Counted from the stretch's first letter, positions 18,184 through 27,345 are shown. The stretch is DNA of 48,127 nt from Thermoplasmatota archaeon (GCA_049472175.1 JBLIRF010000001.1:1-48127), one strand, 5' to 3'. Numbers and translations are program-made. Notes: generated by a model from the letters alone, not told the origin.

Positions 18184-19125
18184 TCAGAGAGGTGTCTCCA
18201 TCTCTCTTTGTGGTTTGAAACCAAGACCGTAGACCTCGTGCAGGTCGGATATCACCATGAATGCCTTGGGGTCTTCTTCCACCACGATCTGGCGAACCTT
18301 GAAGATGTTCCTCCGGGTAACAACGCAGAAGATCACCTCTTTCTGTTTCCCTGTGTAACCCCCCTGTCCATGCAGTATCGTTACCCCGCGTTCGATCTCA
18401 TGAAGAATACGCTCGTTTATGGGCTTCCAATTGTCGGAAATTATGTACAGACCTTTGGTGTTGCCCAATCCCTCCACGACTATGTCGACCGTCTTGGAGG
18501 AGACGAATAGAGCGACGAAACCTATCAATGCGTACCCCACATTGCCAAAGGCCACCGCTCCTGCCAAGATCACGAGGAAATCGAAAATCATGAAGGCCTG
18601 CCCGGCGGTCAGCACCCGGTACTTGACAGCTATCTGTGCGATGATGTCGGAACCTCCGGTCGAGCCCTGTGCCCTGAAAACCAGACCGAGTCCACCGCCC
18701 AGAAGGACCCCCCCGAATATTGCTGCCAGAAGGGGGTCCAGATCGCTCAAGACCTTGACACCGCTCGGATCCGAGAGAAGGTATGAATGCGTGTTCAGAA
18801 CCCTCTGGTAAACGATCCTCTCTATGAACTCGACCATTACGGAGAACATCATGAATCCGTAGAAGGTCCTGATACCGAACCTTCTCCCGAGCATCCTGAT
18901 ACCTATCAGGAACAATGGAAGGTTCAATGCCATCATTGACAGACCGAGTGGGACTCCGAGGGTGTTCCTCAGGATGATGGAGATCCCGGAGATACCTCCT
19001 GCCGAGGCTTTGTATGGGTCAAGGAACCATAGCAGGCCGAGCGACATGATTAGAGCACCCAAAGTGATCAAAAGATAATCCTTTATTACCCTGTGAGCGA
19101 CCCTTCTGTCCTTCAGGTATGGCAC
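18184..19125 (-). CDS. YitT-family membrane protein with a DUF2179 C-terminal domain
   Basis: A GGISGISIIL...LNLPLFLIG repeat-type membrane core is followed by a soluble tail, KGLYIISDNWKPINERILHEIERGVTILHGQGGYTGKQKEVIFCVV. The start is GTG, with GGGAGG 8-13 nt upstream. Confidence 0.7.
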   Translation of the reverse strand: MPYLKDRRVAHRVIKDYLLITLGALIMSLGLLWFLDPYKASAGGISGISIILRNTLGVPLGLSMMALNLPLFLIGIRMLGRRFGIRTFYGFMMFSVMVEFIERIVYQRVLNTHSYLLSDPSGVKVLSDLDPLLAAIFGGVLLGGGLGLVFRAQGSTGGSDIIAQIAVKYRVLTAGQAFMIFDFLVILAGAVAFGNVGYALIGFVALFVSSKTVDIVVEGLGNTKGLYIISDNWKPINERILHEIERGVTILHGQGGYTGKQKEVIFCVVTRRNIFKVRQIVVEEDPKAFMVISDLHEVYGLGFKPQREMETPL

Positions 19126-19193
19126 AAGCCCGACCTCCCGATATCGAGAGAGTTGTGAGATTGACCTTTTATTGATATTTTACGGTTGGAGCC

Positions 19194-22100
19194 TCACTCA
19201 TTCCAATCCTCAATATCGTCCATTTCTTCGAGCTCTTCAAGGTCATCGATGTCTTCCCATTCAGGTACCTCTTCATCTTCCTGATCCGCCCCTTCATTAT
19301 CCGCCTCTCCCCAGATAGGGATCTGATCCTCATCCTCGTCCCAGACAGGGACCTCGTGGGAAAGCTCCTTCCCATCAGTGTGGGGTATATCATGAACTTC
19401 AGGTACCCGGACATCTTCTTTTTCCAAAACTGTCGTGGTTTCCCTGCCGGTCTTATCCACAAACGGACGTTCTGATACTTCCGTTGGGCTTTCCTCTGCC
19501 CTGATGATCTCAATATCTTCCGATGAGGTTCTCATTTCCGGGACCATGTCCTCCCCTATATTGATCACCCGCTTCTGCTTCCTCCTCTCAGCTGCAGGTC
19601 TGATATAACCAGAACCCTCCTCCGTGGTTTCTATCTTTCCGCCTGTGGCCGGAGGGAGGTCCATCAGCTGGAGTCCTTGAGGAGGAAGTGTATGATGTAT
19701 GGGAGCCGCTGGGATAGATAAACCCGGCCTTTTTGGCCTTTTCACTTCTTCATCCTCATGCTTTCTCGACCTTTTACGTGATATTATTATTGCGATTATC
19801 ATGATTGCCAGCAGCAAGCCCACCAATCCCATTGCCAGGATACCGAAGAAAGGGATCGAGCTTCCGTCCCCGTCATCCGGCCCACCGCCTCCACTCCCGA
19901 TAAAGAAAGACCAGTTACCCCCATCGGAATTCCCTGCCTTGTCTATGATCTTCAGTGTGATGGTGTGTTCGCCTTGTTCGAGACCCTCGAACTTATAGAA
20001 GTTCCCGGTGGTGACCATCCCGAAACCCTCTCCATCGATATCTATCATGGTAGAGGCTATACCGGACACCGTGTCCTTGGCGGACCAGTAGATCATTGCC
20101 TGGTTTCCGGATACATATGACCTCTCCAGGTCAATGCTAAGTACAGGCGGGGTCAGATCGATGACCAACATCTCGGAACCCGATATGAACCACTCCCAAC
20201 CGACCCGATCCAGTGCTCTCAATGTAAAGGTATATTCCCCTTCTCCCAGCGTGAGGTTGATGTACGATGCTTCAGGATCAAGGTAAACTGCCGTGCCGTC
20301 GAATTCCAGAGACAGGTTTGCGATGCCGTTTCGGTCGAATGCGGCCCAGCTGATGTTGAACCAGTTCTCGCAAACGAACCCGGCCGGTTCGTTCACCCAT
20401 TCGAGATCGGGCAGGTGCATATCAACAATGACGCCTACGGTCCTTGTTACCAGATTACCGGCCATGTCCGAGGCAATGAGGGATATGTAATGGTCTCCCT
20501 CGATACCCAGCGCTGCATTGTAGGAAGTCCTTCCGAGCACATCCAAGAATATGCGGTTATCTATGACAAGGGTGAGGTTGCTCAGCAGATGGTCATCCAA
20601 AGCTTTCCAGGTTATCATGACCGATGAATCCTTCAGGATCTCACCGTCTGCCGGAGAGATTATCTCCACTACCGGAGGTTCTATGTCGATGACGAAGTGC
20701 AACTCCTTTTCCATTGAATTGCCCGCAGGATCGATGGCCTTTATCCTCAGCTTGTGGTTGCCTGGAGATAAGGTTAGGTCCATAGATGTGAAGTTCCCCA
20801 TGTCAAGTGCGGGTCCGTCATCAATATACAGCTCAAAACTCCTCACCTCCTGACCGAACTGGTCCCGTGATGTCCATATAACCTTGAGATCCGTTCTGTT
20901 GATCACTGAGTTCTCCTCGGGTGTCACGAAGTCCACCAGTGGAGATCTCGTATCCCTTATCACGGTGATGGTACTCTCGATGTAATTTCCGTCATCGTCC
21001 TGCAATCTTATCGAGACCGGATATTCCCCGTCCTCCGGGAGTGGGATCTCCAGCTCTCTTTCACCCCTGATGTCCTCCAGAGCTCCTTTTCCTATCTTTA
21101 AAAAAGAACGACTCCAGGGGAACTGACCGGAATATTCCCATTTCAATATGAACGATCCGTTCCGGGTCGCTGTACCATCCGGAGGCTCCACGATCTCTAT
21201 CCCGGTATCTCCACCAATAAGGATCGACAGGCTGACGTTCGTAACCGACCCTGCAAGGTCGAAAGCCCTTATGTTCATGGTGTGAGGGCCGTCCGGAAGG
21301 AGGTCGGAGAATTGCGAAATGCCGGTCCGGTCTATATATGGCCCTTCATCCAGACACGCATCCACGCGGTGAATTCCGTAATTATCCTCCACGGTGATAT
21401 TGAAGGTCACGTAGTTGTTCGAGATCACCGAACCGGGTTGCGGGGACCTGATGAATATCTGCGGAGGGGTGACATCTATGGTAAATGTGGAGGATCTAGA
21501 TAGTTCCAGACCATCGTCATCCCTAACGGTCAGCCTGACCGTATGGGGCCCTTCGCCAAGAGACCGGATGGCAGCCTTCGTACTGGGGGGAAGATAGGTG
21601 AGGAGACCGTCCACATCCAATGAAAGGTTCTCGGGAACGAAATACGGCATTAAGGTCCAGGTTATCCGATACATACTGGTCGAGTTGTATTCCCCCTCGA
21701 TCGGATGTTCGATTATGATTACATCTTCGGTTTCCGGGATGAAAACGGCGACACTGTCTTCCCCGTAAAGGCCAGCAAGATCGTAGGCCTTGACCCTGAT
21801 ATCGTGGTTACCTTTTTCAAGAAAGAGGCTTTTTTGCATACCTTCATCGACATTCACGAAAGGACCGCCGTCAAGTGAGATCATTGTCCTGGATATGCCT
21901 GACCCGATATCGGTCGCTGTCCAGGTCGCTCTGAGATATGAACGGGTGATCGTACCGGACGATGGTTCCGTGATGGTAACGACCGGTCCGGCAGTATCGA
22001 AATAGGGGTTCGTGGAGGGTCTTGTATCCAACCCGTTGCTTGGTATGGTGTAATTGATATCCACGATACCGTTGTTGTCCAGGTCAGGCTGGCGGTGGTT

Positions 22101-23210
22101 GGCCCAGAAATTACCGACGCCGCCCACGGTCCATTTGTTCTCGTAATAAGGGGAGTAATAGTTTTGGGTAGCTTGCGAACCTGATGTGGAATTATCGGTA
22201 CCTGCATTATGATAGAATATGTTCCTCCAGATGCGGTTCGTCATTCCGTTGTTCAATGCTATCGCATAGGATGTGCAGTTGCCGAAATAATTGTAAAGGA
22301 TGTGGGTATAGGTCAATCTTGTCTGGTAAGAGCCTTCCGTGTTCAATCCCACGTCGCAGGATTCGAAGGTATTGTTATCGATCACCTGGGTTGTTGTGAT
22401 CGATTGCCAAGCGAGAGAATTGAAGTAGATGCCGTTGGTCCCATGAAAATAGTTCTGAGAGATCACCAACCGATATGTTGACACTATTCTAAGAGCATCC
22501 CCATTTGAGTTGTCAAAGTGGTTATTCACTATCATGGAGCCCGTATTGCCGTCCTGAACGGTGACCTGTGAATCATGGAAGGTGGAATTTGCGATCACAC
22601 CATTACTAAAGAACCTCAGGTCCTCGTATGCTACTCCAGAGCATGTATTGTTTATAAAACGGTGTCCCGTACCCTGGCTGAACCCGATCCTTCCCGCTCC
22701 GGTCAGAACGTTCTCGGAGAATGATGAATTCTGGATGGTGACCGAACTGCAGGATAGGAAGTCGAATGAGTTCGTAGAGTATCTGATACTTGAGAAATTG
22801 CTGTTTACTATCATGATATCGTTCAGGACATAACCGTAAACAACCCTTGACCTGTCTATGGTCGTGACGTTCTCTATCACTACGTTGTCAGCATTATAAA
22901 GGAACAATGCCCACGAATCCGAGCTGGAGAAGGTTATATTGCGCAGTATGAGGTGTTTGGAAGTATTCTTTATCTGGATATTATGAGGTCCAAGATCAAG
23001 ATCTGAAACTATGTAAGGACGTGAACTTGAACCAGTACCGCTCTTAACATAAGGTGATGTGAAGGAATTATTGCCCTCGAACACTATGTTCTCATCCACA
23101 TCATCAAGCCCGTCCGAGACGGGCAGGATAACGCATAGCATCATCAACACTATCGCTATCGATGCTGCCGTTTCCCAGCATTTTATCACAGGAATACTTC
23201 CTGGCCTCAC
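19194..23210 (-). CDS. Large cell-surface protein: signal peptide, right-handed parallel beta-helix (PbH1/NosD-like), about 8 tandem Ig-like modules, TM anchor and an acidic Trp-containing cytoplasmic tail
   Basis: Beta-helix rungs are visible as NITFSS, IENVTT, IVNSNFS, IQNSSFSEN, FINNTCSG, IANSTFHDS, IVNNHFDNS, ISQNYFHG and IDNNTFESC. The Ig-like modules follow the pattern W.a.D..sGI....l.lDG......L.eG.H.i.vkA.D.AGN. The TM segment IPFFGILAMGLVGLLLAIMIIAIII lies at about 19785-19865. The tail is about 190 aa. The start is GTG at 23210. Confidence 0.7.
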   Translation of the reverse strand: MRPGSIPVIKCWETAASIAIVLMMLCVILPVSDGLDDVDENIVFEGNNSFTSPYVKSGTGSSSRPYIVSDLDLGPHNIQIKNTSKHLILRNITFSSSDSWALFLYNADNVVIENVTTIDRSRVVYGYVLNDIMIVNSNFSSIRYSTNSFDFLSCSSVTIQNSSFSENVLTGAGRIGFSQGTGHRFINNTCSGVAYEDLRFFSNGVIANSTFHDSQVTVQDGNTGSMIVNNHFDNSNGDALRIVSTYRLVISQNYFHGTNGIYFNSLAWQSITTTQVIDNNTFESCDVGLNTEGSYQTRLTYTHILYNYFGNCTSYAIALNNGMTNRIWRNIFYHNAGTDNSTSGSQATQNYYSPYYENKWTVGGVGNFWANHRQPDLDNNGIVDINYTIPSNGLDTRPSTNPYFDTAGPVVTITEPSSGTITRSYLRATWTATDIGSGISRTMISLDGGPFVNVDEGMQKSLFLEKGNHDIRVKAYDLAGLYGEDSVAVFIPETEDVIIIEHPIEGEYNSTSMYRITWTLMPYFVPENLSLDVDGLLTYLPPSTKAAIRSLGEGPHTVRLTVRDDDGLELSRSSTFTIDVTPPQIFIRSPQPGSVISNNYVTFNITVEDNYGIHRVDACLDEGPYIDRTGISQFSDLLPDGPHTMNIRAFDLAGSVTNVSLSILIGGDTGIEIVEPPDGTATRNGSFILKWEYSGQFPWSRSFLKIGKGALEDIRGERELEIPLPEDGEYPVSIRLQDDDGNYIESTITVIRDTRSPLVDFVTPEENSVINRTDLKVIWTSRDQFGQEVRSFELYIDDGPALDMGNFTSMDLTLSPGNHKLRIKAIDPAGNSMEKELHFVIDIEPPVVEIISPADGEILKDSSVMITWKALDDHLLSNLTLVIDNRIFLDVLGRTSYNAALGIEGDHYISLIASDMAGNLVTRTVGVIVDMHLPDLEWVNEPAGFVCENWFNISWAAFDRNGIANLSLEFDGTAVYLDPEASYINLTLGEGEYTFTLRALDRVGWEWFISGSEMLVIDLTPPVLSIDLERSYVSGNQAMIYWSAKDTVSGIASTMIDIDGEGFGMVTTGNFYKFEGLEQGEHTITLKIIDKAGNSDGGNWSFFIGSGGGGPDDGDGSSIPFFGILAMGLVGLLLAIMIIAIIISRKRSRKHEDEEVKRPKRPGLSIPAAPIHHTLPPQGLQLMDLPPATGGKIETTEEGSGYIRPAAERRKQKRVINIGEDMVPEMRTSSEDIEIIRAEESPTEVSERPFVDKTGRETTTVLEKEDVRVPEVHDIPHTDGKELSHEVPVWDEDEDQIPIWGEADNEGADQEDEEVPEWEDIDDLEELEEMDDIEDWNE
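19910..22010 (-). repeat. Protein-level tandem array of about 8 Ig-like modules of roughly 90 aa inside the beta-helix surface protein
   Basis: Repeated blocks include ATWTATDIGSGISRTMISLDGGPF..EKGNHDIRVKAYDLAG, VIWTSRDQFGQEVRSFELYIDDGP..SPGNHKLRIKAIDPAGN, ITWKALDDHLLSNLTLVIDN..EGDHYISLIASDMAGN and IYWSAKDTVSGIASTMIDIDGEG..EQGEHTITLKIIDKAGN. Confidence 0.6.
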
Positions 23211-23233
23211 GAATATCGAATCGGGTACGTACC

Positions 23234-23245
23234 TATAAATATATT
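23234..23245 (-). promoter_or_regulatory. TATA-like box for the beta-helix surface-protein gene
   Basis: The minus strand reads ATATATTTATA, centred about 29 nt upstream of the GTG at 23210. This geometry fits a leaderless or very short-leader transcript. Confidence 0.35.
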
Positions 23246-23265
23246 CCCGAGCCGCTTGTATGAAT

Positions 23266-23293
23266 TGGGAGAGGGCAGGCCTAGGCCCTCTCC
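23266..23293 (-). terminator. Perfect 10-bp hairpin spanning the stop codon of the HTH regulator gene
   Basis: GGGAGAGGGC (23266-23275) pairs with GCCCTCTCCC (23284-23293). The 8-nt loop is AGGCCTAG. The TAG stop (23281-23283) lies inside the structure. Confidence 0.3.
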
Positions 23294-24219
23294 CTTATCA
23301 TCCTTATTAGTCCGGTTGGATCCTCGGTGGATTTCAGCTCAGAGACCCTTAGAATTGGAGTCCCATCGATCTTCCGGGCCTTCACCGAGTCAGAAACCAC
23401 CACGAGTGAATCACCACCAGTTATCCTGCTTATGCATTTAAGGTCCTTTGCCCTGTTCCTGATACCTCTGGGTCCGACCCCGACAGAGGCCAGCAAGAGT
23501 TCGTTCTTATCCCTGGCCAGGGCATCGAATGGACATCTCTGGGTCGGAACGACCTCCATTCCTATGGAATCAAGATGTTCCATTACTTCTTTCTTCATAC
23601 CATGATAAGTATCGATCCCGTCCCTAATGGACTGCAACTCATCATCATAGGAGAACGGGTCCATGGGCAGGATAAGTTGTGTCTGCAGGAACTTCTCCAT
23701 CAACAATGCGACCTCCATATCCGCACCCATCCCTGCCTCGTACATCTGAATTGCCTTTCTGGAAACACCGACAGCATCTGCCAGGGCACCGAGTGAGACC
23801 TGCATCATCTCTCTTCTTTTTCGAAGAAGGGACCCATCCAGGGTCACGAAGAAGCCGTGGGAGCCATGGTATATCAAAGGTGGTATCTCCTCTATCAGAT
23901 GGTCAAATAGTGTGTTGAAGGTAAGGAGAGGGATGCCGTAACTGATATAGAGAACACCATCCTGATATGGCAGAGAAGGGGTGGATGGGACGACTATCAT
24001 CGGGGACCCCTTCAAGACCCGTGTCAGGTTCACCATGCTTCTCGATACGTTCCGTGAGATCTCATCACGGGCTATGATCACCTTTATCAAAAGCAGCAGG
24101 TCATCTCTCCGGGAAACAAGATTGAAACTGACCTCGCCCGGACTTTTGAACTCCGAGGTTGCGAAATCGGACCTGTCCAGTATCGTTTTCAGATCCCTGA
24201 TAAGGTCATGGGACCTCAA
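23281..24219 (-). CDS. Archaeal long HTH-type transcriptional regulator with an XRE-type HTH in the middle
   Basis: The 312-aa product has a central HTH_3-like segment, LRKRREMMQVSLGALADAVGVSRKAIQMYEAGMGADMEVALLMEKF. The overall layout matches the archaeal family annotated as putative HTH-type transcriptional regulatory protein. The start is TTG, with GGAGG 9 nt upstream. Confidence 0.65.
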   Translation of the reverse strand: MRSHDLIRDLKTILDRSDFATSEFKSPGEVSFNLVSRRDDLLLLIKVIIARDEISRNVSRSMVNLTRVLKGSPMIVVPSTPSLPYQDGVLYISYGIPLLTFNTLFDHLIEEIPPLIYHGSHGFFVTLDGSLLRKRREMMQVSLGALADAVGVSRKAIQMYEAGMGADMEVALLMEKFLQTQLILPMDPFSYDDELQSIRDGIDTYHGMKKEVMEHLDSIGMEVVPTQRCPFDALARDKNELLLASVGVGPRGIRNRAKDLKCISRITGGDSLVVVSDSVKARKIDGTPILRVSELKSTEDPTGLIRMIRERA

Positions 24220-24268
24220 TATGGCTCCTCCACCGATCGTATGATATATCTTTCATGATAAAAAGAGT

Positions 24269-24388
24269 GTTGCAGGGGTCTCGGAAGAGAGGATTGTTCA
24301 GCATATTGGAGTGATACACCTAAGAAACAGCTACTCCCCTGCAACGTAGTTCGTATAGCGAGTTGTATGGGGCGATGATCCATACAAC
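24269..24388. promoter_or_regulatory. Two hairpin-forming inverted repeats in the divergent HTH-regulator/argF intergenic region
   Basis: H1: GTTGCAGGGG (24269-24278) pairs with CCCCTGCAAC (24336-24345) around a 57-nt interior. H2: GTTGTATGG (24362-24370) pairs with CCATACAAC (24380-24388) around a 9-nt loop. Both left arms begin GTTGYA. Confidence 0.25.
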
Positions 24389-24502
24389 ATAGGGTATTTG
24401 TTTTCAACATAAATAAGTTTATCTAATGGAGGAATGGTGCGGTCCGGGAAATATATATATCGGACCTGTTCCTAGCTCCGATGTCTGGCTGGAGGATACT
24501 CT

Positions 24503-25426
24503 ATGAAAAGGGATTTTGTTTCCATTCTGGACCTTAAAGATGAGCTTGGGGAGGTCATAGACCTTGCGATCACCATGAAAGGCGAGAGAAATGACGGTAA
24601 GGAAACAGCACCCTTCAAAGGAAGGATCCTTGCCATGATCTTCGAGAAACCAAGTCTAAGAACGAGAGTCTCCTTCGAGGTAGGGTTCCAGCAACTCGGA
24701 GGATGCGCCCTTTATCTGTCCCCCGACGAGATAAAGGTCGGCAAGAGGGAATCCGTCCATGACGTGGCAAAGGTGCTGTCCCGTTTCTCGGACCTCATAA
24801 TGTACCGGGCATTCGAGAACAGGAACGTTCAGGACCTCGCCAGATATGCTGACGTTCCCGTGATCAACGGTTTGGATAACTTGGAGCACCCATGCCAGGC
24901 GGTTGCTGACTTCATGACCATGACCGAGGTCAAGGGAGACCTCACTGGAAGAACCCTGGCCTGGGTCGGGGACGGGAACAATGTCCTTCACTCCCTTCTC
25001 CTGGGAGCCGCCATCCTGGGCATGAATGTTAAGGCGGCATGCCCTGTGGGATACAAACCACGGCAGGATATCCTGAACATGGCCCTTTCTATTACCAAAG
25101 GGTCCGGTTCCCGGATGGAGATCGTGGATGACCCAGTTAAAGCTATCACCGGTGCCGATGTGGTCTATGCCGACACCTTCATCTCCATGGGGGATGAGGA
25201 CCAGAAGGAAGAGAGATTGAGGACGTTCGCCAGCTACCAGGTGAACATGGAGCTCTTCTCAAAGGCAGATCCAGATGCCATATTCATGCATTGCCTGCCT
25301 GCCCACAGGGGTGAGGAGGTCACGGACGAGGTGATAGACTCTTCAAGGTCCGTGGTTTTCCAGGAAGCCGAGAACAGGATGCATGCGCAGAAGGCGATCA
25401 TGATGAGGCTTGCGGGTCTCAGGTGA
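24503..25426 (+). CDS. argF: Ornithine carbamoyltransferase
   Basis: The carbamoyl-phosphate site is SLRTRVSFE. HPCQAVAD is present. FMHCLPAHRGEEV is the OTCase-type HCLP motif, not the ATCase HPLP. The product is 307 aa, and GGAGG lies 8 nt before the ATG. Confidence 0.9.
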   Translation: MKRDFVSILDLKDELGEVIDLAITMKGERNDGKETAPFKGRILAMIFEKPSLRTRVSFEVGFQQLGGCALYLSPDEIKVGKRESVHDVAKVLSRFSDLIMYRAFENRNVQDLARYADVPVINGLDNLEHPCQAVADFMTMTEVKGDLTGRTLAWVGDGNNVLHSLLLGAAILGMNVKAACPVGYKPRQDILNMALSITKGSGSRMEIVDDPVKAITGADVVYADTFISMGDEDQKEERLRTFASYQVNMELFSKADPDAIFMHCLPAHRGEEVTDEVIDSSRSVVFQEAENRMHAQKAIMMRLAGLR

Positions 25427-27185
25427 GCTCCCATGCGTGCATTGTGTCCGGTAGATCAAGCTCTACAATGCCCATCTTTCCGGGTTGGGGTTTGAGGTTC
25501 ATCATCTTCTGGAACGGGGTCTGCGACTGCCAGGTAGACCCTTCGATTAGCTGTACACCCCTGTAATTCTCCAGTCCGAACCTGTGTACATGGCCGGAGA
25601 CGAAGATGTCCGGGATGTCCTCGATTATCATGTTATCCCTTTCTTCAGGGGAGATCTGGTTCCTCATACCATAACTTGGACAGAAATGTCTGAACCTCAG
25701 CATCTCCTTCATACCTTCTATGGGATTCTCGTAGGTCACGTCCTTGAAGAGCGTTACGAGATCGTCTATCGATTTTCCGTGATATCCGGCCACATGAACC
25801 CCGTGGATCGAGAAGAACGCGGGATTGGAAAGAAAGTGAATATGGGAATTCGAGAAGCAATCCTGGAATTCCCCGGGCAGCGGTGGTTGCGGCTCGGCGA
25901 TCCTGACCGCATCGTGGTTCCCTGGTAGTAAAACCACATGGATGTGGTCAGGGACCATCGAGAGAGATTCACCAAGTGCCTCGTACTGCTTGAAAATATC
26001 CTTTATGAGCAGGTCCCTGTCCTGGTCTGGATAGGTCCCGATCCCGTCGACAAGGTCTCCGGCAAGCACCAGATATTTCACCCTGGTACCATCCTTACCG
26101 GGGAGGGATGCCTCGATCTCACCCCTCAACCACCTCACCATCCTCTTCCATTCCTTGTCCAGGTACATCCTTGAGCCAATGTGGATGTCCGAAGTAAAGG
26201 CTGCGGTAAGTCCCTTCACGTCCGAAAGCCTTCTCCGATGATCGGCGGGAATGTCCACCTTGTAGATGCTATCCGCGAATACTATCGATCCTCCACGTAC
26301 ATCACCCGACTTGAACTTGCCTACGATACCTATGACCTCGTCATTGACTATACTCAAGGCTTCAAGTTCCCTCTTGTTCTTTGATAAAAGTACCCTGACA
26401 CTCCCCGTTGGATCCTCAACATTGACCATTCGGTGGCCATTCCTCGTTGTCCTGATATTCTCGACAATTCCTATGAACCTGACCTCATCCTCGGAAGCTC
26501 TTAAGGATCCGATATCCAGGCACGAGGAAAGGGCTCCATACTGCATCAACAGTATATCCCTCAGGGTCCGGTACCGGTCCATGAACAGCTTCTTGAAGTC
26601 ATCGATCCTCCCCTGAGCCCCCATGTTGGAAGTGGGATCCTTGATCATCCTCAGATCGCCATCATACTCCGCCGCGAGCGGCCTCGGCCTCCCTCCGGGC
26701 CCAGAAGGGTGGTCGATCCTGATGTGTGCCCCTTCACCGAGCTTCGTTGTCCCAGTTAAAGGCCGGTGGATCCCCGCAAGAGCTCCAGCTGAGGGGATCC
26801 TCTTGTCATCCCACCAAGTCGCTCCTGCCATGACCTTTGGACCAGGTGTCGAACTGACTGATAATGAAGGGGGGTCCACCCGGATATCTTTTATCGTGGA
26901 TTCGACCCGTTCCATTTGGATGGGGGCAGGATCAGGCGGCGTACTTTTAATGTCTTTGACCCGGGATCCTTTCTCAGCGTTATCGACAACGTTCTTGATT
27001 TCGGACATGGTAACCGGGTCCAGTGCTTCCAGATGAGAGCGCTCGATAACGAGCGGGAGGTCTGCGCCTCCTTCCAGAACATCTTCCAACCGGTCCATCA
27101 GTCCCGGGGCGCCTGCAAGGGTATCGTGGGCTTCAGGTGATAGCAGTTTCTTGTATCGAAAGAGCCTCCTAGCTATGTCCGGCAT
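25419..27185 (-). CDS. polB: DNA polymerase II (PolD) small subunit DP1
   Basis: An OB-fold-like middle region is followed by calcineurin-type phosphoesterase motifs: LVLAGDLVDGIG, LLPGNHDAVR and FVSGHVHRF. The product is 588 aa. The minus-strand TATA-like box GTATAAAAA (27210-27218) is centred about 29 nt upstream of the ATG. Confidence 0.9.
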   Translation of the reverse strand: MPDIARRLFRYKKLLSPEAHDTLAGAPGLMDRLEDVLEGGADLPLVIERSHLEALDPVTMSEIKNVVDNAEKGSRVKDIKSTPPDPAPIQMERVESTIKDIRVDPPSLSVSSTPGPKVMAGATWWDDKRIPSAGALAGIHRPLTGTTKLGEGAHIRIDHPSGPGGRPRPLAAEYDGDLRMIKDPTSNMGAQGRIDDFKKLFMDRYRTLRDILLMQYGALSSCLDIGSLRASEDEVRFIGIVENIRTTRNGHRMVNVEDPTGSVRVLLSKNKRELEALSIVNDEVIGIVGKFKSGDVRGGSIVFADSIYKVDIPADHRRRLSDVKGLTAAFTSDIHIGSRMYLDKEWKRMVRWLRGEIEASLPGKDGTRVKYLVLAGDLVDGIGTYPDQDRDLLIKDIFKQYEALGESLSMVPDHIHVVLLPGNHDAVRIAEPQPPLPGEFQDCFSNSHIHFLSNPAFFSIHGVHVAGYHGKSIDDLVTLFKDVTYENPIEGMKEMLRFRHFCPSYGMRNQISPEERDNMIIEDIPDIFVSGHVHRFGLENYRGVQLIEGSTWQSQTPFQKMMNLKPQPGKMGIVELDLPDTMHAWELT

Positions 27186-27310
27186 CGAACGGTCAGTAAC
27201 GATAGTTGGTTTTTATACTTCCCGGGAGGACCCTAAAAGTTTCGAGGACAACGTCTGTCTCATCCATGAAAATGTAAGCCCAGATGCGAAATAGGTCGGG
27301 CATAACTGCA

Positions 27311-27345
27311 ATATTGTCGGACATTTTAAATATTTGTCCGACATA
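27311..27345 (+). promoter_or_regulatory. Inverted repeat bracketing a TATA-like box; probable autoregulatory operator of the RHH gene
   Basis: TGTCGGACA (27315-27323) and TGTCCGACA (27335-27343) flank TTTTAAATATT (27324-27334). The element lies about 50-60 nt upstream of the ATG at 27385. Confidence 0.45.

Noticed and set aside
24269-24345. A 77-nt stem-enclosed segment considered as a tRNA gene
   Set aside because: The terminal stem is 10 bp, not 7. On neither strand is there a D-arm GG, a T-loop GTTCRANY or an anticodon-arm geometry.
24216-24410. A 64-codon ORF in the HTH-regulator/argF intergenic region
   Set aside because: It has no ribosome-binding or promoter signal and an odd composition. 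It merely spans the two hairpin elements, so I report the region as possible RNA or operator structure instead.
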